Source of the DNA: Balanoglossus misakiensis
Taxonomy: Eukaryota; Animalia; Hemichordata
Length of the DNA stretch: 64,000 nt
Reading direction: 5' to 3'
Assembly: GCA_040954595.2 (NCBI GenBank)
Contig: CM082597.2
Location: forward strand, 2,416,449-2,480,448
Part shown: one piece after another, positions 21,520 to 35,800 of the stretch
Layout: each line of letters begins with the position of its first letter
How positions within the stretch are numbered: the stretch's first letter is position 1
Translations under genes and position numbers: made by a program
The notes under the pieces: generated by a model
What the model saw: only the letters and a program-made list of their open reading frames with translations
Databases searched by the model: none
Told to the model about the DNA's origin: nothing

Positions 21520-22578
21520 AGTGCCGCAGTGGACCTGTTAAAATAGTTGGCTTAAGTTGTCTTCCTATTTCAAGTCTGGGTCTTCAATATACACATACAA
21601 GTAGATTTTCCTCTTACCATGTAAATGTAAACTTCACTTGAATCTCATTTGCCCAGTCTCGTAAATTGTTCGGCTTGCAAATGCCACCAGTGTAAAGACA
21701 AACTGCATTCAGACAGAACTAAGGTACCGGTGCGGCGGCTAGCCAAGTAAAAACACAATGCATATATCATCCAGCTTACAGTCAACTTGTTTGTACAGAT
21801 GGTAGATTATTTTTAAACTTTGGTGCCCCCAAAATAGACTATATGTGATGATGGTGTCTGTGTTACTATCTAAATAGATGCTGGTTGGTCAGTGGTTTCC
21901 AACGTGTACCAGCACGCTACATTTGTATAATTATTCTTTTATCCCCCGAATGATTCATATTTGTATTATAATGCATTACAGCATCATACCTGTTTGCTCT
22001 ACCAGTCAACAGACCTTGGAAATTGCCTGCCTGTCTGTATTTATATCTGTGTCTCCTTTTCTGGCAATAACACATATTTGGAGGAAAGGTCTTTTTCTAA
22101 GTAGTATGCAATTTATTGAGCAGGCGACAATGTGAATATTCAGACATGTAACAGTACATGGCGCCACCACCGTCAGACTTTTTACTTCTTTTTACAATGC
22201 GACAATAAGACAACATGTTGCTCTCCGTTATTTAAGCACTTATGGTTCTTTATTCAAAGTAGAATCGTGTAATTATAGAGATACAGTTAACATAACCATA
22301 CATGTTGTAAATGTCAGTGTGTTTTATTGTAATGATTTTACTTTAAAATGGTATAATCTGATGTCTAAGGCTTAATTTATGCAAGAATCATAATTTCTAA
22401 TATAGTAGACTATACTTAATCCACGAACGCATGCAAAACTTCCACTTTACCATGGTAATGTTGTTTCCTCAACATTGCTACGACAACTCGGAACGTTGCC
22501 TTTGGAATTATTTCTGTTACCATAGAATATCCAGTTAACTCAACAAAATAGTATTGGAAACATATGTACATAAAAGTG

Positions 22579-23814
22579 TTAGTGTAGGCATTCCTGGCGA
22601 GTTATATAGGTGTGTGGTGATAGTAAATGCTGATTTTGTATAGTTTGTAGCGGCGGTTTGAGAACTACCCCTGACGGCACTGTGGATACAAAACTGTGTC
22701 CTGATGCAGTGTTCACCGTCGTTAGCAAGGTGTTTCTAGACGACACTGGTTGCTGTTCATGGGTTGCACAGGGTTTATCTCCGGGATCCGATTCAGGATC
22801 CGAGATCGGGTACACCCGTCGGGTCATCCGGCAAATTCTGAGCAGCAAGGTGTTCTTGAAGGCGTTGCGGAAACTGTCGTTGAAGCAGGCGTAGATGATC
22901 GGGTTTACCCAGCTGTTGGAGAAGTTCAGGCATATGGCGAACAAAGCCACAGCTCGTAGGTTCGCTCTAGAGCTCATGAAGTCACCGTATTGAACATACA
23001 GATAGAGAGTGTAATGTGGCAACCACATTGTGAAGAACAATATGACCACCATGGATAGAGTCTTGACTGCGTTTTTCTTCTTGTGGCCTGTCGTACTTGC
23101 TGGCTGCTTGTCAAACCATAGTTTGTACACCATTGGCGCGTAAAGGCTAATTAGGATCAGAAATGGAACCAGGAAGAGAACAAAACAATCCAATGTACGG
23201 AACAATGTAAAGGACACATTCGGTAACAGATAACAGTAGGGCGTTATGTATGTTTCATTGCCGTATGCTTCTATGTACATCTGGTATCCCCAGGTAATCG
23301 GCATGTAGGACGCATACCCCATCGCGCAGATCCAGGCGAAGGAGGTCATAATGTACGCCTGGCGCCTTGTTATCTTTGGTTTGAGAGGGGTCACTATGGC
23401 TCGGAACCGGTCAGCGGCGATGGCGATGAGACTGAACACACTGGCCCCCGTGCTGGTCAGTTGGATGAAACCGTCGATGTTACAGATTACGGGATTCAGC
23501 ATCAACTCCAAAGCCTCATCCCACATGATCACTGACGGTATGTAGTATGAACCAACTAAAAGATCCGACACCGCCAGGGAAACTATCAGAATATTCGTCG
23601 GCACCCGCCGCAGCTTCGGCTCAAACATCACAGCGATGATGACCATCAAGTTACTGGTCACTATCAAAAACATACAGATGCCGTACACGGTGTAAATTAC
23701 AGACTTGTGCACGAACCAGTGACTTGGCATAGCCCATTCGTCTGTAGTTTCATTTCTGTACCCTGCCAACTCAGCTGTTTGTGTCTGCTCTGTTGAATTT
23801 AAGTCGACGTTCAT
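22579..23814 (-). CDS. Rhodopsin-class neuropeptide GPCR, NPFF/SIFamide-receptor-like, paralog 1
   Basis: 7 TM with SN(TM1), SLAVSD, DRF, WLP and NSWVNPIIYACFNDSFR; N-glycosylation sites in the N-terminus. Likely start ATG 23814 after the acceptor gttttgtttcgcag at 23821. Confidence 0.93.
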   Translation of the reverse strand: MNVDLNSTEQTQTAELAGYRNETTDEWAMPSHWFVHKSVIYTVYGICMFLIVTSNLMVIIAVMFEPKLRRVPTNILIVSLAVSDLLVGSYYIPSVIMWDEALELMLNPVICNIDGFIQLTSTGASVFSLIAIAADRFRAIVTPLKPKITRRQAYIMTSFAWICAMGYASYMPITWGYQMYIEAYGNETYITPYCYLLPNVSFTLFRTLDCFVLFLVPFLILISLYAPMVYKLWFDKQPASTTGHKKKNAVKTLSMVVILFFTMWLPHYTLYLYVQYGDFMSSRANLRAVALFAICLNFSNSWVNPIIYACFNDSFRNAFKNTLLLRICRMTRRVYPISDPESDPGDKPCATHEQQPVSSRNTLLTTVNTASGHSFVSTVPSGVVLKPPLQTIQNQHLLSPHTYITRQECLH

Positions 23815-26800
23815 TTTCTCCTGCGAAACAAAACACGGATAAATGAGCATATGGAGGATATCAGCCTCACTTAATAATGATGATGATGACGACGCTGATG
23901 ATAATAATCATCATCATCATAATAAAAATAATAACAATCAATACATTTTCTTCTTCACAACAAGTAACTTGCAAAGGAGTATCCAAGAGTGCATGCCATA
24001 TTCTTAAAGACTAATTACACCTCCCGCCTTTTAGGTGTTACTGAAGAAATACCAGGTAGACATCAGAATAGCAATCAACATCACACTTCCACCAAGAAGT
24101 GAGTTCGATCCTTGCTTGTTAACGCTAACAAGCTACAGTTCTTCAGTTATTCCCTTAGCTAAAAGGTCAAGGGGAAAAAGCTCTTGGGACTTATGTAGCT
24201 ATCAATCAGTGTCAGGATACACTGGAGCGTGGATAAGACAGCTTTCCACGGAGCGTCAATAAATGATATACGTCCATAATTAGTCATGTTCTCACAAAGA
24301 CACTTGAGCACAGGACAAAGCTTCCAAACGAAAGAGTTGAAACATAAACCTATATGCATGTACATTTTAAAGCGCCACGATTTTCCTGATCATACCTTTG
24401 GCAACTGTTCATTGGAACAGCCTTGAGTGGGGATCACTGTGTCCTTCTGACGATAATTAATATCGGAACTTAATTTAAAATAATTGTGCCTTTCTTCAGA
24501 TTTTTTTCAGATAGAGGAAACAGAGCGTTGGCTAGTCAACAACGATTAATATTTTACAGAGCGAGCTGCTATGGTTCAAACATTTGGGAGACCGTAAAAA
24601 GCTTTATCGTAGATTTGCATCATCCTGTTCAATTCAAAGTTTAATGCATTTTCTTGTTGACGGCGTTCCACACACATATTGCTTTGAACATAGTTGTTTT
24701 CAAAGGGGTCATGACTTTGGAGCACTAAGCATATTCACAACACAACAATGACAATGTGTTTGCTGACCGCAGCTACAAAATGTCTGATAACCGGTGAGAA
24801 TTACCGTTCCCAAATGTCAAGGTTCATTTGAAAAGCAAACCAGTCATTCAAAAAACCCACATCTGATTGAGTCGTAAAAGTTTATCACTTCCATATATTC
24901 GCACTGAGAAGCCCACTGTATTCTTTTCTCATCAAACGGAATAAGTCTGCTATGAAACGTCGATACATCATACAAACTTTTCTCCTTGTAGACAGAATGG
25001 CAAAAGTGAGGTTTTCTGACTTAGATAGGATTGGATTGGAAACATGAGAAAAGAATTAATCTGATGTGTATCAGAAGTTTTGTCCCCTAGCAATGCATAC
25101 AGAAATGTATTTTCCAATCACGATAATGTGCCTTTACTATTCACAAGTTTTGATAAAAGATGCATCTATGTCGTGTTAGGATTATTCGCTTAGTAGAAAC
25201 ACATCCATATAGTTTGTCGATCTAACACATCTTGTATTTTAACAGAATTGAAATACACAGTATTTTAATCCAGTTGCTACTGATAAAAGTGACATTAGAA
25301 AAGCATAGATCCTCTGCATTTATACACTATATGTTTCTTTTATCATGTAGAGCAGATAATCTTTATAGAACTCGCTAAAGTCATTGAAGATGGCTTAAAT
25401 AAAACATACACGCACCGGCTGACTGTGGCATACATATGAAATAAACATCCCTAAGTAATATCGAATGTGATGTGGGCATTAGATTTTAATGCTTTCTTAG
25501 CAGAAAGACTTTCCTTGAGTCACGTGACACCGTTATCGATAGGGCATCAGTTAAATTTCCATATGCGAACTGTCTTTCAAACTTTTGTGAAACATTAACG
25601 CAACAACGGAATATTAAATAATTATAAAAATGATCCATACAATTTAAAAATACACTACTGTCTGCCAGATTGTCTCATACCTTGACATAAATACACATTA
25701 TGACCTTTGGACAAAAACACATCATGGCCGTGGCTTTGACTTCGGTCATTATGGAGTGTACGTGTCAATTTGATAAATTAGGTTGTGCAGATGATCACGT
25801 GTATACGCACACGTAGTACCCTAACAACTACTGCTCATCCGGAAACAATACTGACGTGGGAAGATTGTCAACATCTAAATTGTTTGTGCCAAAATCATCA
25901 ATGGGTACATCCTAATGCGGACTCAAAAACCCAAAGCGAAAACAAGCCTAAACATCGTGACTGGCGAAAAACGTAAAGCAATCACGAGATTTTACGAGAG
26001 CTTTGTGATTTTATTGTTTGCAATTACTGCCTAATACCTTTTTATTGGCAAGTGCATTATCCACATTCTCAGCTCACCCAAAAAACAATTAACGGATTGG
26101 CGGTTGTTCAGTTGGGATTTTTCCTGTACTAATGTGAAAGATGGAAAACTCACGACATGTAATAAACTTCAGAAGTGCAAATAATACAGCAAAACTGACA
26201 TGATGTCAACACTGAAGTTTTAATACTCATCTTTACCTCTAGCGTTTAAATCTATATTGAAAAACTAATCTTTATGATACGATGTGTCGAGCTTTACAAT
26301 GTGAGATTTAGGTTGCCACTAGGATGGCTTAGTGATAGATTTGCCTCGACATGTTGTTGCAGTTTAATACTGTTGCATGGCTTTAAGATGACAATGTATG
26401 ATACGCATGTCTCTTGCTATTATCTGCAATGCTGAGGAAAGATGTGACTCTCTCAGTAAAGTAATCCTCAACACAGAATGCAATGTTCCATATATTTCAC
26501 TACACCTTCTACAATCGAAATCTGGTTATTTCACAATGTAGGGAACATTGCAAGCAAACATACCAGTCACAAGATTCCAATGCATCAATATGCTGAACGA
26601 TGGCGCGGAAAGAAATTTCATAATTGGCAACCAAAAGTGTAAACACGGTGTAGGTTTGCGTCATTTAACGTGGAACCCATGAGCAATGTGCATAACGCTT
26701 CTTAAGTTACTATTTTCGACGAAACCCTATCCAGATTGGTTCGTAGTAGTCAAGGTTAGTCTTTGAGATTCTGTTCCGATAATGGCAACATAATGAGACA

Positions 26801-29800
26801 CCAGGCACCAGATATGAAAACATCCCCTGAGCACAAAGCTATCAGTATACCCATTATGGATATAAGTATATCAAATGACTTGCAATGCATTTCATTTTGG
26901 GGAAATTATGGATCCAGAAAATGGATGTTATGACCTTCCTCTGCACTTTTTCCAAAACTTTATCCCCAGGGCATTTTCTGTTTTGATGTAGAATGAGGCC
27001 ACAAACAAATCAATAACTGCAGCCTAAAATTATATTTTTCGATTTCAGTTGTCAGTGACTATGATGATTATAAATTTAACCTTGCTTGTCACGCTGACAA
27101 ACCAATGATCGACCTAGGACCTAGTAATTTTCTGAAGATGAGATAAGGAAATGAATCACTAGGCAACAGTGTCTTAAGGGGATTTACGAAGGCAATGAAA
27201 ATGCAAAGTTTTTGCGGATTTTGATCAATCAGATGTACGTTTCTGTCGTTATTGGAAAATGATGTCACATATGCAGAATTTTACAAACTAATTGTAGAGT
27301 GCCACCTCAGCCAACATTTTCAGAATTTCAGAATTTAATACATGAGAGTCCTGTTTAGAACTTGTATGATTACAACCAAATCATTTCCTATCATCTTAAA
27401 CCTGTCGTTGTTAGGTATTCATCCAAGCTTTAACATATTAATTTGTGTTGCCCCACAACGAGACTTCAGTATACACTATTCACAATCAAAGTAATCCGCT
27501 GAACAGATGGCTGAATTTCAACTGATTGTCAATTCCACATGCATGATGTGCTCAGAATTCTCATCAGTGTATTGTCAACGCGGAATACTACTAATAAAAA
27601 GAGACTGTCCCATTACTAAATATAGCTGTTGCAAGTGGATTTGGCACGGTCCGAAGCCGACAGTATTAAAGTTAATTTCCATGCACTTCTGATCAGCTGC
27701 ACAGCCAGACCAAGTGTATCATTGAATGCTATCTTTGTAGAATAAAATGCAGATCTCCTCTCCGAAACGCACTCGACACGTCCCCTTAATAACTCTTTAT
27801 CGATTGCTTTCACTCAGCATACAACCATGCGGAAGAGGCTCTGAATGAAGTTATTCATGAAAGGAATAGCATGTGAATAGTATGTACACATTCAAATGGG
27901 TAGGTGAAAATTGAATGAACTGTGGCCTATTTTCCATTTCTCCAGAAATTGTAATTTAACCAAAACCTGCCGCCAGCACAGTAAGGGTAGTTGTGATTAT
28001 AAGTGTGTGAAGAACTTTGCCATAAAATCAGGAACACAAAATATAGACTACAGTGACCGTTTTTTTAACCCTGGAACTTGGAATGATGTAAAATATTATC
28101 AGGCATCTATATTATGAATTAAAGAAAGAAATTCCTCTATCAGAAATATCAATCATAATTATGTAAATTGGGAAGTTGACGTTCTGAGTTTTCCTGTGTA
28201 CTTGTATGAAGGATTTATCAATGTTCCATTTAAATATGATGAAAGCTGCTATAAAGGTTCACTATAAGCTTAAGTTACGCCGCCTTCAAACACACAGATG
28301 GAGCGAATATATTTTGCACTTCATATATGATATATCGAACACTTGTGGACATAGCTCACCTTCAACTTGCAATGATATCACTCTAGTTGAAATGTCGGTG
28401 CGGTGAGCATCTCCAAGCAACTATACATCAGGTCGATGCTGTACTTGTTGAACAGATTTCAGGTCTGCAAAGCTTCGCAGAGTAAACCGAATGTTTATAC
28501 GTTTCAGTGTGCGCACGTCCTGTCGTATAGTCACTGCCTTATTACTAGTAATGATATTCAGGCCTGCGCTGTGTATCACGGCCTTCCAACATGTGTATAA
28601 CGACTGATATGACGTTTTTGCACATTTCATTTAAGAGTTCACTGGGAACGATTCTGCCGACAGTAAACAAACATATTACTGGGATATCTCATATTAAATT
28701 GCATCAAATCTCTCAGCGATGCATCCATCCATCTACCCATCCATCCATCCATCACCAGCTTACTTGTAAATCACACCTACCAGTATTTTTTATGGTATCA
28801 TTGGTGACTTGCTATATAATAGGGAAATATAAAAACTGATTTTTTACCTAGGCCTTCAAATAGCAGTTGCATATATTAGACATTCATTTTGTGGTTAAGA
28901 CTTGACTAAAACTAAGTTTAAAGTTCATTTAAAACCAGTTTTGGTTCAGCCGTGAACTGTTATTTTCAAAGTAGAGAAATCTTACAGCAGGTAAAACATT
29001 TGCTATGAGTGAAACGAGAGCGGTGAAAGCAGCAGCCACCGACAATGTCCCAAGCCATCATTATAAAAGGAATAACAGCATACATTATTTAGATTTCAAA
29101 ATGTAATTATCATGCAGCACACCTGAGGGCTGAAACCTAGCCATGCGAAGGAAATTGTTCAGATACTAAACTGAGATTTCATGTTCTCATGAAGACAAAA
29201 ACATCAAGGAGTACGTAGGAAGAGAGAATTTTGGCACAATATATAATTCAGTGACAAAACCAACTGCATTTTCATGGCCAGTGCGTGGGTTTATGTCAGG
29301 CATAGTGACAAGTAACCTAAAATGCATTCAAACTTCAAGATCTTAATCGATTTCGACTAAGACACACACTTGCAATCTTTACCCATGGGGAATGGATGCT
29401 TGTTCCAATTTAAGACTTACATAGATACGCATGACGTTCACCATCTGATGAAAGATCTATCACACCTTCTATAATTATCTACGGACGGTGTGATTGATAG
29501 TTGAGGTTTACAGCCGGTTAAAAAAATGTGAATGTTGGTATAGCTGATAAATGTTGATGCAGGTGCTCATGCAAAACTTTCAATGAATAAGAAAATCAAA
29601 AAGTTGTATATGTACATGAATAATATATGATGCCAAATGTCAATTTTATTTTCATGACACTAGAACACCATGCATCATCACACACTACACTACACTATAC
29701 CACTCCAGACATGGCGTGACTTGATGTAGTGAGATTTGATGAGATGCGGTTTGTTTTGTGGTTGAAATATTGCCTAAAAACTACTACAAGTGAAGTAACC

Positions 29801-32800
29801 TGCATTAGCTGATTAATTATCCTTGCGGCACAAATGCATTAAGACAATTAACAGTGAATCAACGCATGAATCTGCAAGAAAACACTACAGTTTCAAGAGT
29901 CCACTGAAATTTTTAAATCAACAAAAGTTTCTTTCTCTCCTTGCAAGTGAATGTGTAGGCTTTTAATTGGTTTTCCCATTGTGAAACCTTAAACATGATG
30001 TAATATCGTTTTTGTTTCTATATTTCCAAACATACACAGGCTTTAATGGGTCTGTATGTCTTTATAGGTCTTTAATCAGCCTTGCGATAAGTTTTATGTA
30101 TTAAATTTTCAATCATTGCAAAATGTATCATATTAAAGGGCTAAGAAATGAAAACATCATATCAGGGTATATTGTATTCCAAATACGATTAGATAAACTA
30201 TGCATATTTTAAGTCTCAAGTTTTGTTTACACAGAACATCCATGGCTTATGGTTTTCAAATCCCTCTCTTAAAAACTCATGGCAGGCACATGACTGGAAT
30301 GGATGGCTTATGGGTTATAAATTTCAACTTACATGTATAACATTTAATGGCAAATGATTCGATTGTAAATGACGTCAAGACCAGACTGCACATAATTTGC
30401 AGATGTCATGTCTGTACGTAAGCTCTAGTAACTACGATTTTTATGAGTAATTTTGTTTTGGGTTTCTTGTCTAACTCTGTAAAACATCGAATAATCGCTG
30501 AGTACTTGGTTTTTCAACAAAGCCCTTTTGTAGTGATCAGCATTGTTATTGTTGAAAACTGAATTCAAATCTAGACATTCACTTGGAAACATTAAGAATG
30601 GCCATTAAAACAAACACCATTATTATTATAATTGTTGGTGTTATTAGGGACAATTCTGCTACTTTGTATTCCAGTATAACCCCAGGGAGGTTTTTTACTG
30701 AAACAACACACCTGGTCACTAACCACAGAAGATCTAGGAGGAACACTCTGTGACGTCAATGGATACGTCAACTAAAGCTTTCGAGCTGATGAAATCCCAC
30801 TTGTGCCATTTCAACTGTCTGGCATACTGTGTGGTATACTTGTTCAAGAAGTTTTTAAGGACAGCTCAGCTTACATGGAGACGATAACAAAGCTCTTGAC
30901 TTGAGAATATCTTGCCGGCTGCCGGCGAGGTGTTTACAGGCAAGATGGCGATATTGCCGGAAGAACGCACGCTGTAGTCAAGCAACCACTAATGACCTAT
31001 TATCAACATCTTTCCGGGAATGGAGTTTTGCCAATTAAGTCGCCCAGGTGCGAGTTGTCGACAGACCTATTCCTAAAGAAGTTATCTCACTGTTAGTCAA
31101 GGGTATTCTATTTCACGCAAAGAAATTTTCTATCATCAAGTTACCTTGATTGTTAGAGCAGTTCGACTGTTTCATCTTCATTTCCTCATGCTCTTTGAAT
31201 TCCTTACAGAAGACGTGTGTACCCGTAAAAAGTCAATCTGATACAGAATAGTACAGACAGTGCAACCTACTAAGCACACAGAACAAACTGAAGTCCATGA
31301 AAGAAAGGTAGATGGACCTCTGGTAAATGAGCATGCCGTATGAAAGTACTGTCAGGCCTGTTGTTTCGAAGCAAGTAATTAATTCTGCCCCTACATGTAC
31401 CATCTGCCGCATACTAATTTGGCCAGCATTTGAGACTGGTAATTCAATCAGAGAGAAAGTCTCAGAATATATCTGATTTTGCAATTGTTTTTAATGCAGT
31501 TTGTGTCAATATCATGCGATACTCAGATGTCACACAAAGCATAAAGTTCCTACGCATTCCACGCTGAGATATAACCGAACAGAGCTAATTAAAGGGGATT
31601 TATGACCCGGATAGATGCCTCGAAACTTCTAACAGAACATAAAATTTTACATTTCAGGATATTTGTTGTCGTGCTGTTAAAGAAGAAAAGAGTCGTGATG
31701 AAGCTAGACAATATTCCATCCATAAAATCTTCTTGTGATACCCGTAAAAAACCGCAATAACCTTTTAGAGTGATCAATATTGCACATCTCCACCATCCTC
31801 TGGTAATAAGCTCCCTTAGCTAAGTAACATCTATGACCTCTACAAATGTCATATTACAATTTGGCGCGGGTCACTGTGGTCGATAAAGTCTGTGATTTTT
31901 ACATTATTCAAATAGAAGATATTTTACGAGACATGTGTACGACAAGCTTTTGTTCACGAAGTTGTACCATGGTTTGGCAAAGAGTGTTTGCAAAACCTGC
32001 TATCCCTAACCAGACCACTCAAGGATTGAACATCAGAACTACTTTATGGAAATGGTTCAGATGAAACTCAGACAGATACAGTATATACAAGCACTGACTG
32101 CTCTATGTATTAAGCAAAGTTGAGTTTTCCCCATCCTTTAGAAGACTGGAACAACAATATAAAGATGAGACTATCTTGGAGATAGAATTTTAATGTTTTG
32201 TTACTTGTAGTATTAAGATAATACAAGATAAAACTAGGTTGATGCCGACATAAAAGCAGCGAGGACTGTCACAACATCGTTATTAACAGTGGTATATAGC
32301 GTTGCATTTGACTGACCCACGGCAAAAATGGGATTTGGCGCTAAAGCTGCAATCATCAAAGGCCCAGTATAAGCGGTTTAAGGTAGTATGCGTTTCAAAC
32401 ATCAGTCTTAAACTTTTCTCATGTTTTACTCAAGGCAACGTTAGGTTGTTTTCTCTAAAGATTGCGAATGTAAAACTAGTTAATGTGCAAACTTGAATAA
32501 CACAGCAAAACAGTCTCAAATTTGAAATAAATTGTCACCAATCTCATTGTCTACTCCATGGAAAATTAAAGAAATAATTGCTATGGAAACAAGACAGTGA
32601 ACAGCGGGTTTTCTTCTTTGATTTCAAAAAGACTAGTAAACAACTGAAGGACTGCTATTTTTCTGTAAATCTACCCCCGAGACGCATGCTGCCTTACGTT
32701 CATTAAGACGGTATTCTCAGAATGCCCTAACCGACCTGATCTATGCGTCCTGCTTCTTACAGAAAACCTACAGGTAGACCTGTGCGCTGGGGTTACCCTG

Positions 32801-35800
32801 GTACCTGGGAATAATTCTGTGAAAACAATTTCTCTGATGCCCTGGGACAACAGATCAGCCACAAACATTAATACTAAATTAATACATAAGCCAGGGATGC
32901 TGTCTTTTAGTTAAAGTTGAAATCATACACAGATCTTGATGTTTTTGATTAGTGGAACGCTACATGTATCGTCTTTCTATGTACAAAAATAGTTCAAACA
33001 ATATCTTTTCCGTATAATGTCTGTTATCAATCACTATTCTTCTCTTCAGGGGACATGAATCAGACGCAGACATTTCAACTTACATAATGCATTCTGTGTT
33101 CAATGCGTACTACATATCTGCAAAGAAACGTGTAGGAGATTTTCAATCAACTGGTCTGTCCTAATGGGTCCACAAGTTTACCTCATGCAGAGGTAAACTC
33201 AACATTTTTCATTAGTACAAGTTGTATCATCTGCTCGAAAACGGCGTTGTCTGTAGTATTCTTCTGATGGTGGAAACTATCTAATGCAGTCTAAATTACA
33301 TTAAGCTATATGAATTTTTGGAAACAGACAGACAGATACAAATGAAACAAATTTTCAGATGACTCCACTGTCGTTTTTAAACCATGGCCTTTCAAACGAC
33401 AGCTGTCAACAAGACCTGCACCATTAATCGCCCACGCTGCTTGGCTCCCCTGCTAAGAATCTGAAGTGGTTGGTTATAGCCAGAGGCGATAAGGACCATG
33501 TCTCATGCCGCGTCTGTGATTATCAACCGCTTTGTAGAAAATGTGAAGTTATCTTTCCCGGTCACTGTAAATACAGAAACTACTTGATTTAAGAGTCTTT
33601 ACGAGTTAATGTAGACATACATATTGTCCATGCCCTTGAAAGCTAAAATAATGGACGAGACTGAGAATGTTTGACACTGCCTGAACTTTATAACATACGA
33701 CCTTACATCATGCCCATGCCACATATAGTTCGTGATTTATTGATACAAGCCATAGAGGTGGTTTATTATTTTACGCTAACATGTCTTCATTTTGTGTATT
33801 ACCTGCCAAGCTGGCCGGTTTGTTTCATGTTAATGCGTGAGTGAGGTCATTCCCCGCTGGTTTCTCAGAAGGGAATATTTCTACTCCATGTGTTCAAATG
33901 ATACCAGACATACTCAACTACAAGTCGGCAACTGACAAAGGGTCACACAAACATCTACTACAGTTGCACACAGATAGTCTTGTCAGGAGAACATTCTTGA
34001 AACCATTACTTAGAAAAAACCCACATGTTCTTCAAATTAGATTTTTAAATACAAGTGGTGGATTACCAAGCTTAGTAACCAACATTCGGCTTCAGCTGAG
34101 AGAATTTTGCATTGAACATGATGCTCTTTATGCTAACTGCATTTCCCACGATACTGCATTTGGTAATAAAAAACATACAATTGTTGTGAAATTGCCAAAA
34201 CAGAAATTTGGTTACACCATACCTGAGACGAATATACCTCAAGGTATACTAGTCCCAGACCATACAGATGCAGAACACAGGCACATAGCCCCATATTGAA
34301 TATGCGTCATGATGTCGAGAGAATACTATGACGCAAATTCTGCTCGCAGCCAGTCGGAGCCTATTGAGATGTTTTATGCAGCAATGGATACCGCTGCGTT
34401 TAGAGTGCCGCCTCCCATGACGTCGCCGTACAAGGTTTGCATGAATGCAACAGTTGTTCAGGGGATAATCTAATGAAATATTGGCTTCGTGAATTTTGCA
34501 TATAATCAGTGGGTACAATATGTGTAGTTGCTGAAGGCGAACCTTTGAAGACACCGGTTCGTTATACTTGCTGATGACGTGCACGTGGAGAAATGTCTTC
34601 ATTGACGAAGAACATATCTACATGATGAAAACAATTGAGTGAGAATTTGTCTTTGCGGCTACTAAAGATGTATTTTCTGTGATTAACATGAAGTATCTGG
34701 GCATGCATTTATGCTCCAACTAAAAAAACATGTTGATTGAAATGCTTGTAATTCCTAGCTTGAATAAATGAATCCAAATCAGCCACTTTGAATTCCTTGC
34801 CGGTCGGATACTGTCAAACACCTAAGTGATTGCCAGATTTATACTGCAGAAAATGTAACTCATCAGATCAAGCTTTCTGCTTGGAATGAACACAAAGTCG
34901 GCTGATAAGCCTAGATATGATGTAACCATCGCCAAAGAAAAGTTTTCATCTGGATTTTCGTTGAACGCGGTTTAGGAATAAAGGTTGATTATGTAATGCA
35001 AAGTTATGATGGCGGCAAAATGTGCGTGATAAAAGACACAATTTGTTCGAGTGACTTGCGCCAATAATCTCAGATTGATTAACAGAAAAGCCATATCTAG
35101 GATTGTATTTTGCCAAACTCTTTCAAGTTATGTTAACATCTTTGAAAAGAAAACTAATCATTTCAAGTTTTGTAACACACTATTAAACACATGAGGCGTG
35201 AGTTTTTATCGCTTTATCCATATCATCTCACAAAAGTTGATGTAATTAGATCGAGAGAAGTCGTGTCTGCTTATATAAGGAAACCCTGGAATGTTACTGT
35301 CCCGAGGTGCATGCTTTTCCTTTGACGTATACCAGGAAACCTCTGAAAGCCTGTGATGCAAGGAAAGTAATCTATACAAAATGCAGCTGTAGAATATTAC
35401 CCAATGAAGCTAATCCATCACGTGATATTGACGTAATATAGCCAGTGGTGCAAAAGATGCTAACAAAATTTAATTTCCCCACATGCAACTCTGTGCATTT
35501 GAATTGATGCTTTCTCAGTGGGCATTCCAGTTAAATAAGAAAGAATTTACGCACTTATAAGACGTCTCCAGCCATATTTCACTGAAATTACCATTATGTC
35601 TGGGTTTAATCTAGCTTTGTATAGTCATCCAATGATGTAATTTGTACATGCACATGGATTCCCCTAGGAAGTACATGCCTACATACACCTGAGGATACTA
35701 AGAGAACACAAACGTAACAATGCAGCAAATTTATAGTGAATTCAATCCTTATAGGCTAGACTTAGATGCATGTGTTTTTTTAGAATATTGGTCGATCAGG

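Noticed and set aside
33841-34602. 152-aa and 117-aa ORFs in the intergenic interval
   Set aside because: The longer one starts at GTG; neither has a recognisable domain, signal peptide or convincing splice context.
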